Source of the DNA: Catajapyx aquilonaris
Lineage: Eukaryota
DNA length: 32,384 bases
Direction: 5' to 3'
Assembly (NCBI GenBank): GCA_000934665.2
Contig: JYFJ02004408.1
Span: 1 to 32,384 of the forward strand
The notes below the pieces were generated by a model. That model saw only the letters and a list, made by a program, of their open reading frames with translations. It was not told the origin of the DNA and did no database searches. Positions 22,640-32,384 of the stretch are shown one piece after another (position 1 is the stretch's first letter; every line of letters begins with the position of its first letter). Both the position numbers and the translations under genes were made by a program.

Positions 22640-23573
22640 CAGTGGTGGGCACAGTTAACCGTTAATCAAGTAACTAAAAAGTAATGGAAGTTAACGTTAA
22701 CAACTAAAGTTAACTTTTATTTTATGAATTTAACCTTTTTTTATCTAGGGCCCTTTAAAAAATAAAAACAGACCTAGAGTGCTAAAGAGTGCTAAAGTTA
22801 ACTAGAGAGCACTGCTACAACATACGCCTAATTCAGTTACGCTATTACCTGTTCCATACAAAAAGTATTAAACAAAATAATTCAAACACCAAAAAAGTTT
22901 ATTGGTTAGCATTAGCATACATGACTCCATCATTCATTTATTAACCAATGATGATGGTTTCCCCTCATAAAAACCAATCTTTCAAAAGTTGTGTCCGAGA
23001 GCGTGGCTCTTTTGGGCTTGAGGATGTCTTTTCCCATTGAGAACAATCTCTCGACAGCAGCACTCGATGGGATTGTGGTGTTACACTGGATAAAAAGGTC
23101 AATTAAAACTTTCTGCCCCAAGAATGCGTCATCTGTTAACACCCCCTTCGATCCAGCCTCGACCCACATCCTCACAAGGTTCTGTGCCTCTGCCTTCACC
23201 AATCTGTGCCTGTTTGAGATCTTCGACTTGGTGAATCGGCTGAATAAGTCGTCCTCTTCAGCCGATTCGCTGTTGCTGGTGGTGCTCTCACCATCACTGG
23301 TGCAAGCCGTCTGCATCATACCACCCTCTGTGACCATACCTTTTTGGCCATTTCCATCCTTCAGACCTTGAACTCCCCTACCACAAAACCTTATCCCTGC
23401 CTGGAGCAGAAATGTCAAGGAAACAATGCAACTCAAAAAAGAAGAGAGCGAGACAGGAACAGGATTGAATTTTGTTAACGGACTTACATTTAACGGAGCT
23501 AAACTTACAGCTAGTGGAAGTTAATTGGTCCATTAACGGTTTGAAAGTTAACGAAACCGTTAATCAATTAACC
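22640..23573 (-). mobile_element. Internally deleted hAT element with C-terminal dimerisation domain (ORF 22930-23436)
   Basis: TIR CAGTGGTGGGCAC at 22640; GTTAAC subterminal repeats at both ends; LFIQCNTTIPSSAAVERLFS...KRATLSDTTFERLVFM. The other TIR is missing. Confidence 0.9.
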
Positions 23574-23589
23574 TACAATTTTTCTTTGA

Positions 23590-25130
23590 AGGGGTACCAA
23601 AATCACAATCACGCGAAGACGCACTTTTTCCCGCTTTTTCCATTGCTTTCAATGATGATATCTCGGGAACTGTTCTGAGAACCAACATGAAATTTTAAAC
23701 TCATGCTTTTGGAATAGCACACTGTCATTTAATGCATAAATTTACTTTATTTAATGGTACAGTCACCTGCAAAAAAAATCACCAATCTTGCATATTTTGG
23801 TCAAAATGCGCATATTTCGCAATTTATTACGCCGTTATGGTAAACGTGACGGTTGTGCTGATTATATTTTGTGATATACTCGGTGACCCCCTCCAGGCTA
23901 TGAAATAATAAAACCTTCGTTAGCTCCGCGTGTAGTTGAGATATGCGAGGTGAAAATATGGCAACAAGCGAAACATGCATATTTCAAAAATTATTTTCTC
24001 AAAAACCCCATTTTTTATTTTTTATTTTACAAGGACGGACCTGTTATAAAATTAACTGGTGTCAAAACCCGGTATATGTTTTTTATACGTGAGATACAAA
24101 TTTTTGTAAAGTCACAATTTTCGTAATTGTGCTACAATATGCAAAATGCACAATTCAAATAAATATTTTTTCGAAGAAGCAATTTTAAATATTTTGATTT
24201 TATTTTTTACTTTACAAAGACGGACACGCTATAAAATTAAGTACTGTCAAAACCCGGTATATATTTCTTATACGTGAGATATAAATTTTTGTAAAGTGAC
24301 AACTTTGTGCTACAATATGCACACTTAAAATAAATATTTTCTCGAAGAAGCCATTTTGAAAATTTAATCGTTATTTTTTGTATAACAAAATAGCATGAGT
24401 TCGATTATAATATTATATCAAAATTTGGTATATATTCGTATTCAGTGAGATACGATTTTTTTCACGGGGGTGATTTTTGTTTCTATGCAACAACATGCAC
24501 ATTTCAAAAATTAATATATGGAAAACGCCATTTTTAATATGCAATATTCTTTTATATTTCATAAAGGAAAGGCCGGTTGTGTCATAAAATAATATAAAAA
24601 CCTGGTATAGATTCTTGATGATGCAAATTTATGAAAAGTGGTATTTTTGCTTTCGTTTAGTGTCTTTCAACATCCTTGCAGTTACTTCTAAAGTCATATT
24701 CGACATAAAAAATAAATGTCAACAACTAATCTGGCAACCTTTCATAATGGTCAACAGAGGCCAAGGGGGAATTAAATGTAAAATGGATCCACTTTCGTGA
24801 CCGTCTTCATGAACTATGGAATGCATGAAATTATACATCTTCATAAAACATCGTGAAACCCTCCCCACTTTTGTATCAGACTATGCATGCATGCATTTCA
24901 AGAGAAAGATAATCTTACAAAGGATCAGTGATAGTCATCTGCTTCTCGACTTCCATGGCCTCCCTGCAGCTCTCATTCGCAACAGCCACAATTCCAGCAC
25001 GTACATCACTCTCAGCCTTTTGTAAAGTATGTGCAGAAACTTCAGGCATGTTGAGGGCCGTGAGCACGGTATTCAGTTGGGCTGCCCCAATACCAGCGTC
25101 TATCATGGCTGAAAGAATAGTAACTATAAT
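23590..25130 (-). mobile_element. Kolobok-type ('Mutator-like') element: terminus, long subterminal region and transposase fragment (24915-25110)
   Basis: Terminus (TTGA)AGGGGTACC; AMIDAGIGAAQLNTVLTALNMP...LQKAESDV..GI..VANESCREA...EKQ. Linkage of the terminus to the coding piece is inferred. Confidence 0.65.
23975..24630 (+). repeat. Four diverged ~170-bp AT-rich tandem units
   Basis: Units begin ATGCA(C/T)A near 23975, 24146, 24317 and 24495. Units 1-2 share GTCAAAACCCGGTATAT and TATACGTGAGATA. Confidence 0.85.
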
Positions 25131-25254
25131 GTTCAATTTGCTTGGAAATTTCACAACATGCAGTATGCCGGTATAAAGTAGAGTCGACAACAATTTGCAT
25201 ATGCAGCTTTAAGTGACAGTGCAATGAAAGCATGCATGCTACACTTTTGAGCAT

Positions 25255-25680
25255 TGTGGCTGCACTAGGCTCGAATAAGCAGGAGACACAATAAAAGACG
25301 TCTGTATTCTCCGATCAGGCAGCCATTACTCCCCTTTCTTTATTCTCTCGTTCAAGTCCCCCCCCCCCCCNGTTAGGTGGCAGGAGCGGCTAGCTGCCGC
25401 TACACTCCCCCACCCTTATTCATTTACTACACTGAACAAAATAGCGTACATGGTACATCCACTGAATATCATGAAATCACACTCAGTTCAATCCTTAAAT
25501 GTTCCGTGCACAATGATGAGGGCGTATCCACCACACTACGACCACACCTGCTCGACCAGGTCTGGGTGAAATCGGACCCTCTTCTTGGTTGGACTGGTCA
25601 TCACATAGTCTCGCAGGTACCCAGGGGGTTGTCGACGGCGACAACCCCGTCTTTGCACCGCCTCTGGCCCCTAGTTCACG
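25255..25680 (-). mobile_element. Gypsy 3' end: integrase tail, PPT and 3' LTR (25404-25255)
   Basis: PGYLRDYV...KKRVRF; PPT AAGGGTGGGGGAG (25417-25405) abuts TGTAGC...AATAAA...GCCACA. An N lies at 25371. Confidence 0.75.
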
Positions 25681-25749
25681 AAAACTTCACTCTCTGTCAG
25701 AATCTTCACAATCGAATGTTGGTGTTCCCGTTCGGACATGGGGAGTAAG

Positions 25750-26125
25750 GAAATCAGTTAAACTCTCTAAATTGGCATGAAAGTCTTTGTTGGGCGGAAG
25801 GTATATTAGGCCCATAAGAATCTTTATGCCTTTCAGCTCTATGGTAACAAACATGTAGTGATACATGAGTAATAACTATTCTAGGTAGCAGGCGAGTGTT
25901 CACGATCAAAATGAGCCCCCCCCCCCCCTAGGGGCAGCCGGAACTAATAGGTTTCGTTGCAAGTAGTACTTGAAAAATCACAATGTTCGTGGCTTTGGTT
26001 AGGGAAAAATGAGTCGTGTGCCACGTTTCTACAAAGCCCCAGCTTAAAGCGCCCGGGAAGGTGTCCTTGCATTCAGAATTTGCTTCGGCTGCTGATTTAC
26101 CAGCGAAGTTCCAGGAAATAAGTCC
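25750..26125 (-). mobile_element. LINE APE endonuclease fragment (start of ORF2)
   Basis: LISWNFAG...FVETWH...RGGG...LMGLIYLPP, with frameshifts. Confidence 0.75.
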
Positions 26126-26519
26126 AGTTAGGGGTGTTTCCGTCTGTCTGGTCGTCCCAGGATCGAATCCAACTGGTACTCGCCGTCCTAGTGTGCTGAA
26201 TGTCCGGTCGGGGTGTGATCTTGGGTGTGGTCGGTGTCAATGAGAACGTCTTCTCGAAGTTCATGATCTTGTTTGGTTCCAGCGCCAAGTTGTTTGGTTG
26301 TGCGCCAGGCCTTTGGTTGTTGATTCCGCTTGGGTGTGGCACCTGCTGCCGGTGATGAGGCCACCCTTTTCCCGTCCCGAGATTAGTTATAACGGTAAAT
26401 GTACTATTAGTCACTGCAGGATGAGTAAAACACTTCCGTCCAGTGGACAACAGAGCCACCTGCGTCACTTTTATTTTTCCTCTGTTTACTATAACTACAC
26501 TATACTACTACACGCCACC

Positions 26520-27250
26520 GCTACGCTGGCCAAGCACGTGGTCCACAACTGGCATTGGGTGTAACTCCCGTTGTACAGCTCTATTTAGCTGTGCCACATC
26601 CACACAAATCATCACGTCCGTGACGTTCCCATTCGGTTTGGGCACAACCACCATCGCTGAGCACCATTTCGAAGGTTCCAGGACTTTTTGTATACAGGCC
26701 GCTTCACAAACTCGACGTTGCGCAAGCGGGGGGTGTGGGCCTTCCGCTCATCACACGCAGAAAGTCCACCCGGTTGGAAGCCAGCGCAACGCCCGCGCTC
26801 GGTCATCGCAAATTTTCCGCGTTCCGCACGCCCCGCTCGCGCAAATCCGAGTTTGTGAAGCGGCCTTAACTCCCTTCTTCTCCAAGTCATCCAGAGCTGC
26901 GCGCGTTTTTTTCCATCAAAGGTAACGGTACTCGTCTGGGAGCGGATAAAGCAACAGGTGGTATGGCAGGATTAAGGGAAATACGGTGTGGGGCTCCTTT
27001 AAGGAGTCCTAAGCCTTGGAAAAGCAATGGGAAATCTTTCATCGGGTCTAAGAGAGTGGTAACCGGATTTGGTATGATCTGTCAAATGGTACGGAGTGCT
27101 CCCTAGGCCTCTATTGCCGGTCTTCCCAAGAGAGCCTTGGAAAGATCCTTCAGGATTATGATAGTTTGTCTTACTTCATGATCCTCATACTTGAGAAGGG
27201 GCTCTATTTGGCCACAGAGGCATAATGGTTTTGCATCAGGGTCATAATTA
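26520..27250 (-). mobile_element. Gypsy pol fragment (protease end and RT start)
   Basis: ALLGRPAIEA...FPLLFQGLGLL...PRRVPLPLMEK..LDDLEKKGV[MITE]IQKVLEPSKWCSAMVVVPKPNG...CVD..QLNRAVQRELHPMP. Confidence 0.9.
26696..26866. mobile_element. Harbinger/Tourist-like MITE (171 bp) inserted in the Gypsy RT
   Basis: Perfect 19-bp TIRs AGGCCGCTTCACAAACTCG; 3-bp TSD TAC/TAA (1 mismatch). Removal restores the RT frame. Confidence 0.92.
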
Positions 27251-27653
27251 TACCTTCGTCATCGGTGGGCTCATCTTGATGTGGGGTAACGTCTTGCGAT
27301 GCACCACTTAACTTTGCTCGTTTTAGTGAGCCGGTCGTGGAGGAGCCACCGAAATAGCAGCCTCAAAATCTCCCATCCTGACAACTTGCCTTGTTCTAAT
27401 ATTGTGTTCTTCCATGGGTGGAGGCGTAATCTGTCGTGGTACTGCCCTCGAAAACCTATACAAATATTGCAATACTAGTGGACCCGTAGCCAAAATTTGG
27501 CAAAACATAATACTATCAGGATGACAATGGGAATGAAAACATGTGGCAAATACTCATTTTATTTCAAACATTTTTTCAATGTTGCAACAATTGGGATATT
27601 GCGGGATATGGGGAAACTGGAGGTTGGGGGCCCCAGTAACATGTCAGAAGTAA

Positions 27654-28475
27654 TTACATACGGGAATCGTACCTGAAATTTGTGGCAAAACCAATACTAT
27701 CTCTAATTTCAAAATTCATGTCAAATTTTTGTAATACATTTATCAAATCATCACGTTCATTATTATTTCTTGTCATAAATTGCTTGTTGCTTTTTAAAGA
27801 CACAAACTGTAAATACTTACTACTTGAACCCAAAGTAACAGGAATTACATCTTTTGTTAAGTTGTTGTCAGTTAGCATTAGTGTGTGCAGATTGTCAAAT
27901 TTCATTTATTTTAAAATTTTGGTGCAAAAAAAGGAAAAACCAGAAAATAGGTTCATTTCGACTATCTTCAAGTGATTGCTAGTCGAGATTTGTGTAAGAT
28001 ATCTCAATGGCATAGGATAACATTTTTTATAATGAAATTTTTCTATATGTTGAAATGCACAGGGACTTAGAGACAGATTATATCTTATGCACTGATTTGA
28101 AGCGATATCTAGTGACTTTAGATTTGGCATAATCTTCTCTATAGCTGGCAAGTTCAACCCCATGCATAGAGATACTCCAGTTTAGGGAAGGGAATATTTG
28201 TTTCCTTTCCGAAAATTGAATTGAGCTCATACATCTGAAAGAGTTAACCTCGTAATATGCCTCAAGCAGTTATCCAAAAGACAGTGCAGGTTAGTTGCTG
28301 ATCCTCCTACAAAATGCAATCTTTTCAGATTAGTCAATCTGTTTAAATCACTTAGATCTACTCCACCACTCAAGCCTACGTCAATCTGATCCAAGTTTGG
28401 GAAATAGGTAGCCACTTTGACGGTAACGGCCATGTAGCGTGAGAGGGCAAAAGGGGAAGAGCCCAAAGATGACAC
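27654..28475 (-). pseudogene. Intronless AT-rich leucine-rich-repeat pseudogene (F-box/LRR-like)
   Basis: Three same-frame ORFs split by stops, with LRR units FPNLDQIDV, LTNLKRLHF, MPNLKSLDI, FDNLHTLML, LQFVSL. Confidence 0.7.
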
Positions 28476-29832
28476 GTGGGTTAAAGTTCAAGTCCTCCAA
28501 TGTATTTGTGACCTTTTTGGGTACACAATAAATATTCGTGGGGTTCAGTCAGACAGTGTTTATTTGCCAGTTAAAGGGATTGGAATAACGAGTGGGTGCG
28601 AACGCCCACCCGGACTGATCAGAACAATCCCCAGCAAGGGGAAGGCCCGAGACAGCCTCGATACAAAGGTGCGAGCGGTTTAAATAGGTTGTAGTTCTGG
28701 ATGGTGCATGATGGGGTTTCTTAGTCGCTACTGATTCGACGTCAGATGAGGAAACTACTAGGTGGGGAATTGGGTATACATGCTTTACAGAGAAATGGGG
28801 CAGAGTATATATTTCCCGTTTTGGGCCCCATATTGGCCCATCCATTTCCCTCCATGGGAAATTTAGTTTAAGAACCACTCTCTTGGTATGACTAATATTA
28901 TGAACTGACCTATCGTAAAACAAATTTGAAGCAGTCTATCCTCTACAATTCTGAAGCTGTATCTTGTGTGAATTCCATAATGATTAGTATGATACTGCTC
29001 GCTATTCCTGACTACACTACTCTGACGTATGTGATATTTTAAATAAATGTAAAACTCGCCACTCCGATATACGTATAGTACTTACCAAACTCTTCATCTG
29101 TGATTCTGAAGCACATGCAATGTAATCCTCAATGGCCTCGCAGTCGTTCTTGCTGCTGATGATAACGAATGTGCGAAGGCTAAGTGTCGCTGTGTCTTCT
29201 CACCAGTTTTGCCACTACTCTCGCGTGCCAACCACGACGGATACCACACCCCTTCTGTCGCAGAACGCCTAATGTCAAGGCATACCAAGTAAAATATCAA
29301 AGCTTGGAATCTTCTGGGCTCCGTAAAGGCCTTGTCTGCCGATTGGGACCTTGTTGTGGTTTGTGGCCTTGCTATTTCCGAAACATTTTGTCGCGGTCTT
29401 GTAGTCTTAATCCTTTTGTCTCCCGCTTGCCCCCCCCCCCCCCTCGCCGCCGAAATAGATTCGATCATGATTATAACTTTGAGACACAAAATTTAGGCCT
29501 TCCTGATCGACCGAGCCTTACCGAAGCATGTTTATCGTATTCCGCACACGTCAAAGCGCCAGCATAATGATTCTTACAGTAGTATATTCAGAATATTCGG
29601 AGTAATATAGGTTTTCCCTAACCTCTGTCACCTGTGTAAAAACTTGAGACACACATTATCTAACGCATTTATTGAGATATTTAATTTGTGGCTTTGGGTT
29701 CATGTTCCATTAATCATCTATTTTGAGCGTTTTCAAAAACTTTTGATTACTGCAATTCATGGCAGAGCTACAGCTGTTTTAGGTGATTGAAAGCAGCCAG
29801 CTCTGAGTTCATGCCGAATATTCCTGGTCGCG

Positions 29833-31431
29833 GTGAGAAGTGCCGAAAAAATGCCACTCAGCAGGAATTCCAAAATCTTGCCTGTGACTGAGGAGATTCT
29901 TGAAGCTGAAGCAATTTTTAAAATGCTGCACTGCTCCGTCTGTGAAGTACACGATCATCTTCGGCTGATGGCACTTCTTCTTCAAGTGATTGATGATTAT
30001 CCGTTGAAACACATGCACTGCTGTTGTGTCATGTTTCCTATTGTCGGAAATAATGACCTGAGAGCCGTGCTTCACTTCCTCCTCCACTTTGAAGTAATAC
30101 ACAACGGTGAAGAGCGTGCATTGGTCATTGTTCCAGCGGAATCCTTGAACAGCATCCTGCGCCACAAACGAGTAATTTTCCGCGAAGTCGCATTGTACAA
30201 GGATTTCCCCAACCACCAGAGTGTTCTTCCGCTGATCGAGGTAACCCGACTGCTGACGTGCAATAAATGCATGTGTCTTCAAGCGAAAAACTTTCTCGCT
30301 GAGCTCCTCTGCAAAATCATCCGTGGATGACACCACCATCTTCAGAGAAGCCCTATCTGTTTCCGTCCATAGCTGGTACTGGATGTTGTCAATATCATTG
30401 TCCACGAACAAGTCTTGAAGGTAGCACTGAAGATTCTCAGGTCCTGGACAAGCATCGCACTCGCTGAGATGACAGGCTGTTGTCGGAGAGTCGCACATGA
30501 TCATCTCGATGCACTGCTGGTATGTCTGAAGTGGCTGTCCAGAATCCTGCGTCAATTTGGGGACGTTGGCAGCTTGCATCATCAGTTGCACGTTCTCGTG
30601 GTGGACACACACGCATACACAGTGGGTACCACTGGCACCCGCCAAAACGCAATGCTTTGGTCGAAGGGCTGCGAAAGAGGAAAAGCCAACCAGCGCGTCC
30701 GAGTGCTCTTGCTTGAAAAGAGCGTACAGCTCCTTCAGGTTACTATACAGCAGCCTCTTCTGCACATGCAATCGCGTACCATCTGGACCCTTCACCGAGA
30801 CGAAATCTTTAGCGCCAGCCATCAACTTGCCATTCTCCTCCCTCTCATAAAAGGATCGGACAGCTTCGGCGGTCTCTTAAGGCAACTTCTTTCCCGCTTT
30901 TGGATTTGGAGACGCCAAAATTCCATACTCCGCTACAAGTTCCTTGGCCTTACGCACCCTTCGCCGAGAAGTTGAAAAAAACAATGCCGTCTTCTTTACA
31001 CCCCAGCTTTGTGGAGCAAGAGTCAGAATTGTCACTTTCTCCGAAGTTGTCGTCGACGGCTTCTTGAACCTCTCCTGAAGTTGAAGCAGAACTTCCAAAC
31101 CTGCTTCTGTCATCTCCTTTTGCTGCTGGTCTGCGCTGAGCCCCACATGCTGCTCAACGGTTTTTCTCTTCTTCTGAGGCGGAGGGTGATAAGATGAGCT
31201 ACTGCTCTGGCTGCCCGAGGGGGTACCGTCGTCTGATGGAAGCAAAAGTGATGATGTCGCAATATTGCTGATTTTGAGTCGGCAACCGATGCACACCTTC
31301 CAGCCTGCTTTCAATGTCGGCATTTTCTTCATCATTGCCGGAGTGACGCCTTTCAACTGGTGCATCTTCAGGTGCTTCTTGATTCTGAATGGATTGCAAC
31401 AGCGGTCGCGCCAGGTCATCTTGTCCGCCAT
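29833..31431 (-). mobile_element. Sola2-type transposase, one premature stop (30877-30879) and 3' truncated
   Basis: CCNPF..., QKRLL..NLKELY..FK, F.ALRPKHC...THCVCVCVHHEN, DFAENY, SDNRKHD, TDGA..HFKN, WHFFGTSH. Breaks off before the expected GKG..DG third Asp. Confidence 0.85.
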
Positions 31432-32288
31432 AGGTAAGCCACTAAGCCTACAATACAATGGATCCGAGCTGACGTATGCTACCTCAGTGAACTCTGCCTC
31501 TGGGACAACACTGGAGTCGTATTTTGGGTGGCCTTTCTGGCCTACTACAGAGCAGGTATTCTCTGGTAAAAGCGCAGACGCAGGGACAAGCACCCTAATT
31601 TGCTTTCCTCTCCCCCCCCCCTCTCCTTCCCCCCTTCCTCATATTTGGGACACCTGTGCTCACCCTACAGCACCGAAAAATAAGTTACTGACCTTATTAT
31701 GGGCGGAGGTGCATTGTCAAGGTTTCCTGTCCATCCTTTTCTTAGGCAGGACTCCCTTCTAAACATGCACCGCAAATGCCTGAGGGAATTTATGAGTTTT
31801 TCGGGATTTTTGAGGGGCAGCGACCTGTCTCAAGGCTGTCCCCAGGTGATGTTCCTAAAGTAAAACTGGAATGCCACACATGTCATCATCAGTATTGCAC
31901 AAATCCACAATCAACCACTACACTGTGCACTGGAAGCAAAATAATTGCAGGGCGACAGCGCTGGGCCTTATAAAAATGTGTCCAATCAATTAAAATCAAA
32001 AAACGTCCATCCAGATTTTGCCTACATCTCAATATAACATTTCAATCTTCATTTTAAGCGCAATTCAAAATTTTTTTAAGCTGTCCATCGATGGGGAAAT
32101 GCAAATCTAACATTTGGACGCCATCTTTAATTCGAAATGTTGCTTTTTCACACACATGTGTTCCACCACCTGAAGGGGTGTTGAAATAGCTTACAGTCCC
32201 ATTAATCACATTTCGGATATGTTACAATCTTGCGAAGTTATGGCCCTCCAACTGATGGCGGACCGAGCCAAAATTGGCAAATATCCGT

Positions 32289-32384
32289 GGGTCATTCCAT
32301 GTCAATTCACCGAGCCCCCTGACCCTTGGGTTGTCAGATTTTGACGAAAATTGGCGAATCGCTTTAATTACGTCTTTCAAAAAT
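32289..32384. mobile_element. Left terminus of a Sola2-like DNA transposon running off the window
   Basis: GGGTCATTCCATGTCAA, similar to the terminus at 580-595. Confidence 0.45.

Noticed and set aside
8865..22652. hAT TIRs at 8876 and 22640 as one composite element
   Set aside because: Wrong relative orientation, and 8876 already pairs with 8353 with a perfect TSD.
25358..25371. Poly-C tract with an N inside the LTR
   Set aside because: Probably a sequencing or assembly uncertainty; the LTR length may be underestimated.
29094..29567. Overlapping 131-aa and 127-aa ORFs
   Set aside because: No motif recognised in the frames I read; cannot be supported as coding.
6083..31431. CRISPR-like repeat-spacer organisation between fragments
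   Set aside because: No recurrent direct repeat or fixed spacing is visible at the junctions; the sequence is eukaryotic with introns.
29833..31762. Long + strand ORFs (29833-30330, 30415-30975, 31265-31762) and similar ones elsewhere
   Set aside because: Antisense shadows of minus-strand transposase coding sequence; no recognisable motifs.
580..32304. Similar GGGT(A/C)ATTCCATGT termini bracketing the window as one giant transposon
   Set aside because: They face outward (right end at 595, left end at 32289), so they belong to two separate flanking elements.

Overview
Eukaryotic (metazoan, probably invertebrate) genomic DNA with no intact host gene. From about 6 kb to 31.4 kb it is a dense mosaic of about 29 short (0.15-1.6 kb), truncated or internally deleted protein-coding fragments. 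They come from many unrelated transposable-element groups: hAT x4, PIF/Harbinger (2 transposases, MADF and Myb/SANT exons), Sola1 x2, Sola2, Merlin/ISXO2, MULE, P element, Chapaev3, Kolobok x2, Academ-like, SWIM (ISL2EU-like), Helitron, THAP, LINE RT and APE, and Gypsy. Ubiquitin-like, BEN, DEDDh-exonuclease and LRR fragments are also present. Every coding fragment I could recognise, and both orientable LTRs, lie on the minus strand; only a tRNA-derived SINE is on +. This architecture best fits a uni-strand, flamenco-like piRNA master locus (antisense TE catalogue), here dominated by DNA transposons. The first 5 kb also holds three fold-back inverted repeats. Family assignments come from motif recognition by eye, not database searches, and fragment boundaries are approximate unless TIR, TSD or splice sites are given.
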